Source of the DNA: Octopus bimaculoides
Lineage: Eukaryota
Reading direction: 5' to 3'
Length of the DNA stretch: 64,000 nucleotides
NCBI RefSeq assembly: GCF_001194135.2
Contig: NC_068985.1
Location: 6,782,542-6,846,541, forward strand
The position numbers and the translations under genes are program-made. The notes beneath the pieces are model-generated. The model was not told where the DNA came from, did not search any database, and was given only the letters and a program-made list of their open reading frames with translations. Shown here piece after piece: positions 1 through 13,251 of the stretch. Every line of letters begins with the position of its first letter. The stretch's first letter is position 1.

Positions 1-134
1 AATAAGAAATTTTCCGAGTGTTAATGACTGGGATTTTTCCTATACTGGACAGCTCTCTGTATTATTAAAATGGCTATTAATGTTCTTTTAGTTTATCGCT
101 GCCAATACTTGATTAATTTATGACGGCACACCGG

Positions 135-270
135 CAGAATCATTAGGAATCTGGGTAAAATTCTCAGCGGTATTTCATCCGAGGTTGAGGTAGCTTTTTA
201 TCCTTCTGGGTCGATTTAATCAAGTTGTCACCTCTCCAAACCTGCAGCCTTGTGCCAAAATTTAAACCCA
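135..270 (+). mobile_element. Degenerate, internally deleted tRNA-derived SINE (family C)
   Basis: Matches the family-C copies at 51478 and 58995 (cagaatcattag...agcggtatttc...gaggt...gctttt.atcct...gggtcgatttaatc...gccttgtgccaaaattt). Confidence 0.5.
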
Positions 271-1810
271 ACATTTGATTCGTTAAAGTCGTGATTCACA
301 GGTAATTCAAAATATTTCCCAACGCTATGATGCATTAATCCATCATTACAGTAAGTAAAACAAAATGCAAAATACGATACAGCAAAACAGAGTGTGCCTC
401 CCCCCCCTCTCTCTCTCTCCTTCTACCCATCACCTCTTCGTTACTCTGCTTGTTTCTTTCTTTCTCTTCTTTCTCCGTGTTTCCCACCTTCACACTCTAT
501 CTATCTATATATTTATGTGCGTGTGTATGTATACGTGTGTGTGTGTGTGTGTTGCTGTGAATCATTGAGATTATTAATTATGGGAGCAGCTAGTAATATT
601 GCACATATCTTCCCCATAAATAAATAACGATTAAACTCGATTCATGGAATCCATGCCCAAGCTACGTGACACAAACTATCGATGGAAGCTTTCCACTAAC
701 ATCATTAGCTTTCTAACATTTTCTGTTTCATATCCTTTCTCTTCTTTCTCCCCTCCCTCCAGCTCTCTCTACGTACATATTCTGATTCTGGGAAGCTCTC
801 ACTACATGTTTTGATTATAACATAATGCATTATATCTTGGTATCGTCATATCATCACTGCTCACAATATCTCAAATGAGTCTCACTATTTCTTTGTGTTC
901 GTCCTTGAAAGTTCACCGGCTTCGAGAGTAAGTAGCAGTTTAGCAGTGTCTTAAATCCCAGTCATCTACAGCCTGCAATAGTTTACGGTATCTTCAAATG
1001 AAATATTTCTGTGTTAAATCAAGCCATCGAGTAAGGTTTCGTTTTCGCTCGCTCCAAAATACGGCTTATTTAATATTTTTACGACTGAGATTTCCTTTTT
1101 ATGTCGCTCAAATTTTTTCCCTTTGACTTACCAACAACAATAAATCTAGTAAAAGCTCTCATAGTCACTTGGTGCACTTAGTTCAAGTTGGCAACAGCAC
1201 CATGCAACACTATGCTATGTACTGCCTATATCTACGCTACTCAATTACACGTTGTGTACCATCAGATTCCAAGTACTTGCCATGTGACATCACACTAAAT
1301 AAACAGATAATTTAATGTTTCTTTATCCAGAAATGCTATGGTTTTCGTTGTCTCCCAGTCCTGTATTATCAGAACATTGAAAGAAGATGGGCTGTCGAAT
1401 AAATACATTAAAATATCTAAGGTGTTGAGGCGCAATTGCTTCTTATCGTTAAGGTGCAGAGAGAACTTATAGTCATCTGTATCGCCAAATGCTGTGAAGA
1501 TCGTGGGCCCTAATAATAGAATACCTCGGTAGTAGGAGAGGACATCCTTTGGTCTCAGAATATTTCCTTCTTTAAGTTTTCAAAAAGATAGACAAAAAAC
1601 AAGTGGTCTTTGTTTCACTAATAGTCATTCAGGAAACAGCTATTTACTCTTCACCCACACGGCACATATGTATATACATAAGCACAATTTGTTGAGATAC
1701 TCGACGCAGCTGATAAACTGGGAAATGGTGTACGAAATTTAAATATATTCTCTGAATTTCAAATAATGTTCTCTAATATTTAGCAAACCGGATATCATTC
1801 AAAATTCCTC

Positions 1811-1930
<120 letters not shown>

Positions 1931-2260
1931 CGACACTGATGACTTTCAGCTAAACGTCCACATTGAATTTATGTTCTTTTACACTCTGAGTTCGACAAAG
2001 ATCACGATTACCTTTGCTCGTTATTCTCATAGCATTCATATGTAAATGTAAGAGTTAAAACCTGGGCGTGAGTTACTCAATTCTGTGGTCGATACTAAAA
2101 CCACTTTTACGAACTTTAATACTTGCAAATATCTCACTGGAGGATAAATGAAACTACATCAACGTAATTCCCCTCTCTCGCTTATATATATAAATGCGGA
2201 CGTAGTAGATAACAACTAGCATTCGGCCGCGCTTTTAGACCCTGTTGTGTCCACTACTCT

Positions 2261-2397
2261 GATTGGTTGGTATTGGCGCAACTTGTCTGTTGCACTAATG
2301 CGCGCCAATATGCAACCCAACCAATCGAAGCCTTCTGATAAGGTCACGTGAAACAGTCTCTTCTAAACCTCCAGTGAGCCGACTGCACCCTATAAAA
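2261..2397 (+). promoter_or_regulatory. Pol II promoter-like cluster: 4 CCAAT boxes, GTCACGTGA E-box, TATAAAA
   Basis: ATTGG at 2262 and 2272, CCAAT at 2305 and 2321, GTCACGTGA 2343-2351, TATAAAA 2391-2397. The patch is CpG-rich within otherwise AT-rich DNA. Confidence 0.6.
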
Positions 2398-2504
2398 ATT
2401 TAACATCACATCGAGTCGAGGTTTTTTGGTTCCAGACCTTTTAAGGTTTAGCCACTGACCACACAGGACAGAGCCAGTTCCAGTGACAACACAACAGCAG
2501 CCAC

Positions 2505-2645
2505 ATGCAGATTCATCAACTTCGTCCAGCAGCATTCAGGATCTCCATTTCTGTGGCCATCATTCGTCGTAACATTAACATCATCTCTCTACGTACACAG
2601 CAACAAGCAACGCTCGCACAGATTCCAACACAACAATGTTTGTGA
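2505..2645 (+). CDS. Candidate small ORF, 46 aa (MQIHQLRPAAFRISISVAIIRRNINIISLRTQQQATLAQIPTQQCL)
   Basis: First ATG downstream of the TATA box. No recognised homology. Confidence 0.15.
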   Translation: MQIHQLRPAAFRISISVAIIRRNINIISLRTQQQATLAQIPTQQCL

Positions 2646-2809
2646 ATCACTTCACAATGGTTAACAGCAAATGCAACCTGCGAGAACTCCCGTACCAAGT
2701 GACCGACAGCAGCATCGTAGCCACAGCGTCTTTACGACATGTACCTCAACCGGTTCTGCATTACTGCCACAACTTCTTGATACAACATTTCAACTATCCT
2801 GTACCTTGA
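2636..2809 (+). CDS. Candidate small ORF, 57 aa (MFVNHFTMVNSKCNLRELPYQVTDSSIVATASLRHVPQPVLHYCHNFLIQHFNYPVP)
   Basis: ATG in caacaATG context, overlapping the stop of the upstream ORF. No recognised homology. Confidence 0.2.
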   Translation: MFVNHFTMVNSKCNLRELPYQVTDSSIVATASLRHVPQPVLHYCHNFLIQHFNYPVP

Positions 2810-2989
2810 CTATGAACTGGTATTTATCATCCTTGTGTCTGAACATTCTTTTAACGTCATATTATAAACTCTTTCAATGCTCTGTACTTATCGCACACGC
2901 ATACATCCATGTTTGTACACACACTGTTTGTTCTCATAACGGCCTGTCTATTATTATGTATATATTACCCACACACATGATAATATATA

Positions 2990-3040
2990 AATAAAATCTT
3001 CTCTTAAACATTCTACCCGGTTGTGTCTCTCTTTTCCTTC
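2990..3040 (+). terminator. Polyadenylation signal AATAAA with downstream GT/T-rich element
   Basis: AATAAA 2990-2995 followed ~25-45 nt later by ggttgtgtctctcttttcc. Confidence 0.4.
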
Positions 3041-5447
3041 TGGCACATATACGCATTTATTCTTTTCATATTTATTGTATCGACCGTGTGATGTGCAAAG
3101 AAGCCATTCTCGTCACCTCACTTCGCATAGTTGTTTACAAGTTTATTGGTTTATAAAATCGTACAAATATTCAGTTACTATTTATTAAAGGTTGGTGATA
3201 TTTTGTGAGGTATTAATTTAGTGGGTTAATTTTATAAAATACAGTTCGTCAGATATTTCTTAATTAAAGCATATATTATGAAGTAAGTTCGGTGAGATAT
3301 TAGCTTGTTAGATCGTATTTATATATTACTTTTGTTAGAAGCTTCTTTCAAATACCTCTTCAATAGAGTTGAAATTTAGATCATAATTTACATGCGAAAA
3401 CTCTGATTAAATGGAGGTAAGTGATACAAATAATGAACGGATAGTTAATTAAATCTACCTACGACAAAGGAAATTCCTATTGAAAAGATTGCCCGAAGAA
3501 GCTGTTTATGAGAATAAGTATTTTCAGGGTGAGGATAATTTTAGAAGATTTACTTTCATAGGTAATCTTCGACAAAATAAATTGTGCGTTTAATTTAGAG
3601 AAATGTTAATAAATTTCAGTTGGTTTCATTTTCATAAATATTGCGATTATCTGATATTACCTAATGAAGAAATATATTGCGGTTATTGTGACAGAAATAT
3701 TTCCGCTTGGTGCATATTTCTGCCACAAAAATTAAAATAATTACACACCATTGAGCTTTACACAAAATATTTCAAAGTCTGTTCAATATGACAAACACTT
3801 GTTTCTTATGTATTTGCTTGACTTACATAAAACCCATTTAATATAGTCAAATGAGTCTTAATAAAAGACGACTCGGCAACACTTATAAAATTACGTTTGT
3901 TCAGTTTTGCTGGTCTCTGTATAGCACTTGACTACCATGGACTATTGTTTCGGTTATATCTTCGATTCATTGTATGGAATCTGCTTTAAAATGTCCTCTT
4001 TTAAGTAGATATGCTGTCTTCAGCCTCTAGTTAAACATATACTCATACAACTCGATTACAAATTAAATTCATTTGCCATAATAAAATACTATAAAGTTTT
4101 TCAGTACAATGAGTTGTACATTATGCATTAATCATATTCTAATATGCAAGATATTACTATCCCACGTGTACATCTTCTTTCAAAACCAAATATTAAAATC
4201 TATAATAAAAAAAAAGTACCATTGTTAATAATTTCTCGTTAGATGAATGGGTTCTGGACGTAAAAACATTAACTTGTGTGAGATACATTTCATAGTTCAA
4301 TAATTTAATTCGATGTAACTTAAATTGGATACATAACTAGCAGGAAACAATAGTCCCGAAGAGACATCCGCGTATTATACATTTTACCGTCTACTTAAGA
4401 ACAAATGCGAGAGCAGAAGTGCGTAAATTATATATTATTTATGGAAATGCATCGTTATATCTATTTATCTCTTTCTCTCTATCCGTTCCGCACCGCATTT
4501 TTGTGTGTGTGCGTATGCGCGCGCGTAAGTGTGCGTGTGTTCGTGTGTGTGTGAGGGTATGTGTATTTGATGTAATTATAAACAAGACAAACAGTGCAAG
4601 AAAATATGTTTATTACATCAGTTTACAATTGTTTCATCTGAATTCAATTCCATGAATCCGAGAAAAGAGTGTTATGAACTCATGCCTTGTGAAGTACTTC
4701 GGTACTTTTTGTTCACGTATGTAGGGGTATGTTAGTGTGTGTGTTTGTGTGTGCGTGTGAATGCGTGTGTATTTGTGTGTGTGTCTGTTTGTATGCCTGT
4801 GTGTATATGTCTGTGCGAATACGTCTGTATGGATATATACTGGTAGAGCACGCGGAACTGAGACTATAAAAGAGCAGAAACAACAACAACGATAGCTCTC
4901 TTTAATCAATTCTATATATTTCTGCACCCATATTTAGATCTGCGACCCAGGGAAGACTCCATTTAAAGTTTCATATACATTCTGTTCGTTTTTATTTTTT
5001 CCATTGCTTTTCTTGACAGGAATTTTCTCTAAAGCTCGTCTTTGTTATCTTATTAAATATCTAATTTTTATGAATTACAAAGTAACACCTTTCGTTTACT
5101 TAAATAACTACCTTATTCCAGATATGTTTATAAGTTTACATGTTGTAGATTGGCTGCTGTTTCAGTACCTAAATTGTCAATAGCTCTATTTTACATACTA
5201 TTCTGTTATTATCACTTCAATTCCTGTACCTTAGCAATAGAAAAGGCTGTGAATGAAAACGGCCCCATATCGTATCCTTCAAAATGCATATCTGGTGAAG
5301 AAGAATTGATCAGATCAATGGTCTAAGTTTGTAATCAAGTTTATATTAACCGTTTTACATTACCATGTGACGTGCTTACGCCATCATACAAAAACGTTAC
5401 GCACTCACAAAAACTAAAACAAGCGTAACATGTGTTGGTGCGTGCCC

Positions 5448-5515
<68 letters not shown>

Positions 5516-6239
5516 CCTAGAAACACAAGAATTTACACAAAGGAAGACATACTGTGATTGTTAAATAGACAGAAATATAGATTAATTGACATGTACACAG
5601 GCATAAGATGTTCGGGATAATTTTGAGGATCTTTTTTTATGTCTCAGTTCTTTTAGCAACAGCTTCATATATTGCTAAACGGTCGTCAGTGAGAGCAGAA
5701 ATATTAAAACATTAGAAACAGTTTACTGACATGGAGGATTAGAATATTGGAAATTGTATTAAATTTGCCATGATGGTTCACTCTGGATATCAACATAATT
5801 GCGTCATCTCTTTTGCTTAATGTACTGGGAACATTGTAAAAGCTGTATGACGTGGTATGGAGAGCTGCAGTAGAGACTACACAGCAATGGCCAGCAAGAG
5901 GAGACGCATCAACCGTCCTGACTAAGTCCGCATTCCGGCGTTCTTTCCCACAGCTTTGAACATGTACTTAGGCTTATATCAAATGTCTATGTGACACAGC
6001 TGGAGATTCTGTTCAATTTCTTGCTAGAGAGCGCTGTTGTTGGGTGACCATATGCGATACCGTACGATTCGCCACCTTATGAAACTTCCGGAAAGAGTCA
6101 GAAGCGATTGCCAGAGAATTTCCATGGCTTCACCAGCCTTAATGTCTGGCTTCTTAATTTCCCCCGTTTTCTCCCCATAACGCCAATATTAAGAAAAAGT
6201 ATACTTCATAAACAACTCTACATCCCCAATAAATTGATT

Positions 6240-6530
6240 TCAATAAAATACAAAAAGGACAATTCACTGTTCTATCGTCCTTTAATAGATACAGCACCGT
6301 ACAAAACTTCAGAAATACTTCCACCCCAACCACAATACCAGAAACGATTAAGCAAATCCACTGCAAAAATATTATTTTCCAGAAATAAAAACTTGAGAAA
6401 ATTGTCACGAATTACAATCACGTAAACCTTTCTGAAAGAAACAACTAAAATCTCAAGTATAACAACAGGAATTACAACTTTAGAAACGCTCCATCTTGCT
6501 TTCTATAAGAAAGCTATTGCATAATTAATA
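6240..6530 (+). mobile_element. Penelope-like retroelement fragment (RT-to-endonuclease linker), frameshifted
   Basis: Across frameshifts it reads KYFHPNHQYQKRLSKSTAKILFS..NLRKIVTNYN...NYNFRNAPSCFL. This resembles the PLE motif KHFP..H..KIFN..TVK.SYSC..N...II..HN...CNCR...CPL. Confidence 0.5.
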
Positions 6531-6619
6531 CTCTCTGAAACACAGCTATAACCACGAACACTACATCACTTACTACACGCACACATACCATATGACACCT
6601 CAGAATCCAAATACATATG

Positions 6620-6790
6620 GACCTTAAAACCGACTTGAGGCTATGGGATGATACGGTGTATAGTGTTGCTGCCTTATTGAGTGCTTTTTCCTTGCCTCAT
6701 AAAGAAGTGACATATATTGTTCCCTAGGCTTTTCATTGTGCTTTTCATTGCCTATATAGGTTTGACTTAGAGTAATATATAAGACATATA
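6620..6790 (-). mobile_element. Penelope-like GIY-YIG endonuclease fragment
   Basis: Minus-strand TYIGNEKHNEKPREQYMSLLYEARKKHS resembles PLE YIG.T...FK.R...H..SF.....K.ST. Confidence 0.35.
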
Positions 6791-9370
6791 TACCCAACCA
6801 AAAATACACACGCACTTTTCAGTAGTAGTAGAAGTAGCAGTAACAGCAGCAGCAACAGTAGTGGCTGTGATGATAGCAGTGGTGGTAGTGGTCGTGGGGG
6901 GTGACTGACGGTGGTGACGGTGGTGGTGGTAGTAGTTGCAGTTATACGGTGGTTTGCTAACTGCTGTTATACGGTTTGTAATATTTCTACACAAATGATT
7001 TTAGCGAGAAATTTACGACTAATAATGTATTGTAGTAAAATTGTACCTTCACATAGGAACTTTATTCACTTACAAACTGTTCAAAAGATCGGATTAACAC
7101 TTTTTTGTGCTAGAAGACCAACAGATGCAACATACAACTTACATTTATACATACATAAATACATGCGCACACATACACACAGTCATAGATACAAACATAC
7201 ATCCAAGCATGCATGTATGATTACATATATATATACATACATACAAGCATGCATATATACATACATACACACATACATACATGAACACAGGTTTCCTGGA
7301 CCTACGATAGATGTATTATATCCCACCTAGATGATTATACCTTCGCTAATCAGGATTAAACATAAGCATGAAGAACAAAATTAACACTAAACCTTCATGT
7401 TGTGATAAAAAAAAAATGTTGACTTTGCTATAACTATGTGGAAGTTATCAAAAACATCATCAGGATCCTACCTGAAATGTGTACGAGATACAACCGCCAT
7501 CCATCTATCCATACATACCTACATACATACATACATACATACATACATACATACATACATACATACATACATGCATACATACATATATGCAAAATACATA
7601 CATACATACATATATAAATAGAAACACACACGCATATACGTACATACATACATACATATATACAAACATACATGCATACATACGTACACACATGCATGCA
7701 TACATACATACATACATACATACATACATACATACATACAAAAATACCCTGTTATTGATGTTGAAATTCCAATGAACGAGTCTTCTAATTTTAGTCAGAA
7801 TTCGAGGTTCCTGTAAAAAATACATGCGCAGTGTATTGCATCATGGTCTAGAACTTAGCGCAACTTTGGTAGAAACGACAGCATGTATCAATAATCTATT
7901 TATACACCCTTCGTTTCCTACTTACATCTTTTATCGATTACGTAAAACTTTCCATAATTTTATTTTCAATTGTATAATAATGTAAGACTACAAAAGAAGA
8001 AATTATCAAATAGAAAATGTACATTTGTTACCTGACTAAATCCTCTATACTCTAGTCGTTTTAGTCGCTTAAGCTTCATTTGATGTTTCTGTTTTCATAC
8101 ATTTCTAATAAAATTTTCCTTCGATTAATTCGTATACTGTTAGGATACCCCGCTGAGGCGATACTTCAAGCAAACTAGCATTTTAAACGGAGTGTTCTCA
8201 GGAGCGTGTCTGAAGTTTAGTTTCAACATAACATGTCTTATTTATCACAGGAAACATAATTGAATAGCCATTTAAAACTGCTTAATGACACATCGTGTGT
8301 AAAGATACCGGAATCAAATTCCAATTGACGTGAATCACATCAATGCATCTATTTAATTCAATGGTACAAGAGTTTAGAGTTCCGGATAAAATTTTCGGAA
8401 ATTGCCTCTTCAATATAATGAACATTTTATTACATTGTGAATGGATGCAACGCTTGTGTTTAATGGATAGGTACTGAATACGTACAAGTGAATTTGTGAT
8501 GTAAAGAAACTATGCCTTTGTTATATAGATTTCTACATTCATCCAACATCAATTACCAAATGAAGAAAACGAAATGTAATATAATTGAAGCGACTTGTGT
8601 CTAACAAAACAAAATACGTGACAATAGGTTTAATAAAAGTATTTGATATAAAGGCGATGTCAAAGATTGAGCTCTGTTTTCAGTTCGTGTCAAAAATCAT
8701 ACGATTAACAATAAAGGAAATTATCGGACATTTTATGAAGAACTTTCCAAAACTGTCCTTTACAACAAATATAGCAATGCAAACGCACTTCTAAGACATA
8801 TAAAGTGACAAGAGCAGAAGAATGATTTATCGTTCGCATTCCTATCTCTTGTTCTCCCTCTCTCTCTCTCTCTTGTGAAATGAGATAATGTGTATATCCA
8901 TGAAAAACAGATATGTCTCTGATAATTAAAAGTCCAGATATTAATAATTCAATGAAACGTCAGCACATTCTATCTTTGCAGCAGATCTGGGTGGGAAAAG
9001 CTTTGCATGCATATATACACAATCATTAGCAGCGTTCCTCAAGAGAAATCTATGCGCAGAGTAAAAAGCAAGAAAGCATAAATTTCCCAAATAAACCATA
9101 ATTTGCTTGTTTTAAACAACTGCTTCCACAAGATTAAACAACATTAATTCTATAATTACGTAATTTTTCTAAAACCATAAAAATCCGAAATCATCAGAAA
9201 TAATACAAGTTTTACTAGCCACAATCTGTTTACATAAAAATAATACGAAGTGGCTCATGTGTGTGTGTGTGTGTGTGTGTGTGCGTACACATGTATACAT
9301 ATTAAACATGTATGTGTATATGCATGCATATATATACATATAAAAATATATATAATTATATATATTTATA

Positions 9371-9563
9371 GGCGCAGGAGTGGGTGTGTCGTAAGTAGCT
9401 TGCTTACCAACCACATGGTCCTGGGTTCAGTCCCACTGCGTGGCAACATGAGCAAGTGTCTTCTACTATAGCCTCGGGCCGACCAAAGCCTTTTGAGTGG
9501 ATTTGGTAGACGGCAACTGAAAGAAGCCCGTCGTATATATGTATATATATATATATACACATG

Positions 9564-9602
<39 letters not shown>

Positions 9603-9827
9603 ATGTGTGTGTGTGTGTGTGTGTATGTTTGTATGTCTGTGATTGTCCTCCCAACATCGCTTGACAACAGATGCTGGCGTGTTTACGTCCCCGTAACTTA
9701 GTGGTTTGGCCAAAGAGAGCGATAGAATAAGTACTAGGCTTACAAAGAATAAGTCCTAGGGTCGATGTGCTCGACTAAAGGCGGTGCTCCAGCATGGCTC
9801 CAGTCAAATGACTGAAACGAGTAAAAG
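9371..9827 (+). mobile_element. Bipartite tRNA-derived SINE (A head + internal TA/TG microsatellite + B tail)
   Basis: A-box-like tgggtgtgtcgt at 9381 and B-box ggttcagtccc at 9424. Near-identical copies lie at 22785, 33120, 49178 and 51935. Confidence 0.85.
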
Positions 9828-10044
9828 CGTATGTGTCATGAAAGCTGAAAACGCTCATTCAATAACTAGTATGGACGTAGAATTGCAATAGCAATTATAA
9901 ATGCAGTAATACAACAACAGGGTCCCAAGAAGCAGTTAATACAACCGGAGTTTAACGATACATGTGATTGTAGGGAAAACTCTGTGATGAGCGTATGTGT
10001 TGAGTTTTCTTTCTTCTTACCAATATTATACTAAAGCATAAAGG

Positions 10045-10850
10045 AACGAGCTGGTAAAATCTTTGTCATTCGATCCAAGGGCTTAGTGGCATTTCATCTG
10101 TGTTTGCGTTTTGAGTTCAAGCAACCGGCCTTTCATCCTTTTGTGGTCGAAAACATAGATACAAGTAGAGGGCTGGAGTCACTCTCCTCCGAAATTGCTT
10201 GCTTTGTTCCATAATTGAAACGAATATCATATTCTAACATCAAGGCTGTGAGCTGTCAGAATCGTTAGCACGCCGCCGCGCAATGTGCTTAACGTCAATT
10301 CGGTCGTGCTCAAGTTCTGAGGTCGACGTTACCAATTATCCGTTTCGATAATGTAAGAAGTACCAGTTGAGCATTGGGGTAGATCTAATTGACTGACCAT
10401 TTTCTCGTAAATTGCTGGGCTTTCGCCAAAATGTTTAATCCATACTATGCTTAAAAATAAAGCGGTGAGCTAGCAGAATTGTTAGTACGCCGGATAAAAT
10501 TCTTAGTGGTATGTCGTCCGTATTTATGTTCTGAGTTCAAATTCTGCCGATGTCGACTTTGCCTTTTATTCTGTCGTGTCGACGCCCCCAGGTGAAGAAG
10601 TAGGATTTCCCAAGACATAAAAATAGAGGTAGTCTGGCCGTGGTAGGAGTGTTGAGTAGCAGTCGAGTAGCAGTTGTGTAGCGGTTGAGTAGAGATCATC
10701 CGAACGTGCTAGATATCAGTAGCGTTGAAACATAACATATTCTTTCCCTGTGGATGAAATAAGTACCAGTCTAATACTAGAGTCGATGTAATCGCCTGAC
10801 CCTCTTCCCTGAACTTGCTGGCCTCGTGCCACAATCTGGAACCGATATCA
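10045..10850 (+). mobile_element. Cluster of about four degenerate family-C SINEs in the same orientation
   Basis: Recurring gagctg.cagaa..gttag.acgcc...tgagttcaaatt..gcc..gtcgac..gcctt..atc at ~10045, 10248, 10467 and ~10740. Confidence 0.7.
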
Positions 10851-11599
10851 TATTCCAACATTTCGTTTCGTATAAACGAAATCACGCTTTCCGCGAAGTA
10901 AAAGTATCTGAGAATGGCAACATATGGTCAAAATTAGAAATGAGATTGTGATCGAAATATATGTATTTAATGAAGATTAGTTGTAGACGACATTAAGTAT
11001 CTAAAATGTATATAAAAATTAGCTAATAATAGTTAAACATGTCAATAAAGTTGAATATCACTAAAAATTAATGAACTATTTGTAATTCATTGAATATAAC
11101 GTCAATCACATAACACATCATTATTAATTGTATGTCTATATGTTAAATTATCAATAACACGCTATGTATAGCGGTTAAACCAGTGTCTTTTAAATGATTA
11201 CTGTAATTAAGAGAACTTATAACATTTAAAAGTAATTTTTGATTTATTTATTTGTCTACATTGAAATACTTTCTCTTTAGTTATCAATTTCTTATGTAAA
11301 TTGGATCGATAAATCTTGCGACATTCCGCTAAAGCCGAGGTGCAGTCTATAGGTTTGTCTTCCCACTTACAATATGTTACCGTACTCTTCAACCGGTGAT
11401 GACTAATGTGGAATTCAATGCCACTATAGAGACAGTATGTGATCTCTCCAGCATTTAAGAATATCTGATTGTTTTACTAAAAACCACTGCAAAGGACGCT
11501 AGCTGGATTAGGACGAACCAATATGATTATTGTACTTCTAAAATAATTTTTTTAAGGACGCATTCTATCACAGTCTTTGCGTCATTGAGGCTATGGAAC

Positions 11600-11990
11600 T
11601 TGTAGCTCTTTCTGTGAGTGTGTATTTCTTTAAGTTTTTTTCCATCTTCAGCAGGGTGTCTAATACCTTTTAAGGATTTTTGTAGTAGTGTCCCCGGATG
11701 TTGTAATATTTATCTCGGTATTTAAGGATTGTTAGTTTGTGATGACAACAACTGTGAATTCTGAGACTTGGGGCCACAGATATGGTTCTTCTTATCACCG
11801 TTTGTTTATTTAGAGATTTTAGTAATTTCTTGTTGCTTATGTGAAATACTCACACATCCTGTTATTTTACACAATGTGGGGTTACATTTTTACAGTGAAT
11901 ATATGATACCCACCATAACTCTCAGTACATTCTTGTATATTTTTCCTTCATGCCCTGACTCATATATTTGCTGTTAATTTCGTGAAGTTT
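11600..11990 (-). mobile_element. Penelope-like element 3' end (GIY-YIG C-terminus plus decayed hammerhead core)
   Basis: Minus strand reads TISVAPSLRIHSCCHHKLTILKYRDK (cf. C.LC..EKL.IL), followed by ctgCTGAAGAtgg...GAAAtac with a broken stem II (11625-11651). Confidence 0.4.
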
Positions 11991-12158
11991 GATATGACGC
12001 CGAATTTGTCTACTGCGTACTTGCCACATCAATTATGGAGAAGGCATAGAAGTTTGTTGTTACATTTACATAATTTAGGAAATTTAGGGACAATAGTACT
12101 ACCAGTGTTATTGAATAATGGCAGAGAATTATAATATATATGTGTGCGTTTGTGTACA

Positions 12159-12201
<43 letters not shown>

Positions 12202-13251
12202 ATCTTTGAGTGTAAGTGTGAATATTTGTGTACCTATTATATTTAATTTGGATAGTAGAAAAGTTGTAAACAGTTTCATGGTTTTCTGCTGTCTTATGTC
12301 TCACCTCTTTGTATTTCAGTTAACAGACAAATTATAGGTTTTCTTCTAATGACCTTGAAGGTTAATCCAGTAACATAACATGACTGCGATTCTTCTACGT
12401 ATTCAACACCAACAGTAGACATCTACTGATATACACAAGTCTTTTCTCTACATCAATTTTAATGTCAAATGCCGTGTGATTATTAAAATGGAAAGAAATT
12501 TCCAGTGTGAAACCAATAATGTTAATCGAGTTAGCCATTTGTTGTATTGCTTATTCTTACATGTTAATCAAACTATTTAATTTTATTTTTAATCCGTCTC
12601 TCTCTATGTACCAAATTATTCATGTATTACATTCGTAAAGAAGGAAACACACACAAAGCCCACTTATTCACCACAATCACATATACATACACGCATATAT
12701 ATATATACATACANNNNNNNNNNGAAATTAGGAAATTAGGAAAAAACATGCCAAAAAAACTACAACAAGAAACACATAAATCTAAGTACATCTGTATCGG
12801 TATCAATAGTAAACCTACAATAACTAAATTATATGCCAAATAGCAACCAATCTTTAAGTCCATACGAATAATAATCTCACCAGTCTTCCATAGTTAATAC
12901 TATAATAAAAGAAACGATTAAATATAATTTAACGAATAATATAATAATTATGAGTGAAATATATTATTTCAAAATTCAAAAGTAAATAATAATGATAATA
13001 AAAACAATAAATATTCTTAAAATATACTACTCTTACAAGCTATAATGTAAACTTACCAGTAATTAACAGGAACATTAAATTTATTAAATGAGAACTAATA
13101 AAAGTATGCTTGTAATTAGCTATTATTATAAAACTTTGCTACGATTAAAGCTAAATGAAAACTGTTCAAAAGATAATAAAACTATGAAGTATTAACACTT
13201 TTTTCAAACACCATAGTTCCATCACTCCTAGAACTTAAAATATTATTCTAA

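Noticed and set aside
2335-2355. Hammerhead-like CTGATAAG...GAAAC
   Set aside because: G8 is replaced by A and no stem II can form. It is better explained as the E-box context.
5800-6170. GC-richer stretch possibly from a transposon ORF
   Set aside because: No frame gave a recognisable motif, so it was left unannotated.
9371-9445. tRNA genes at SINE heads
   Set aside because: A and B boxes are present, but there is no complete cloverleaf and each is fused to a SINE body.
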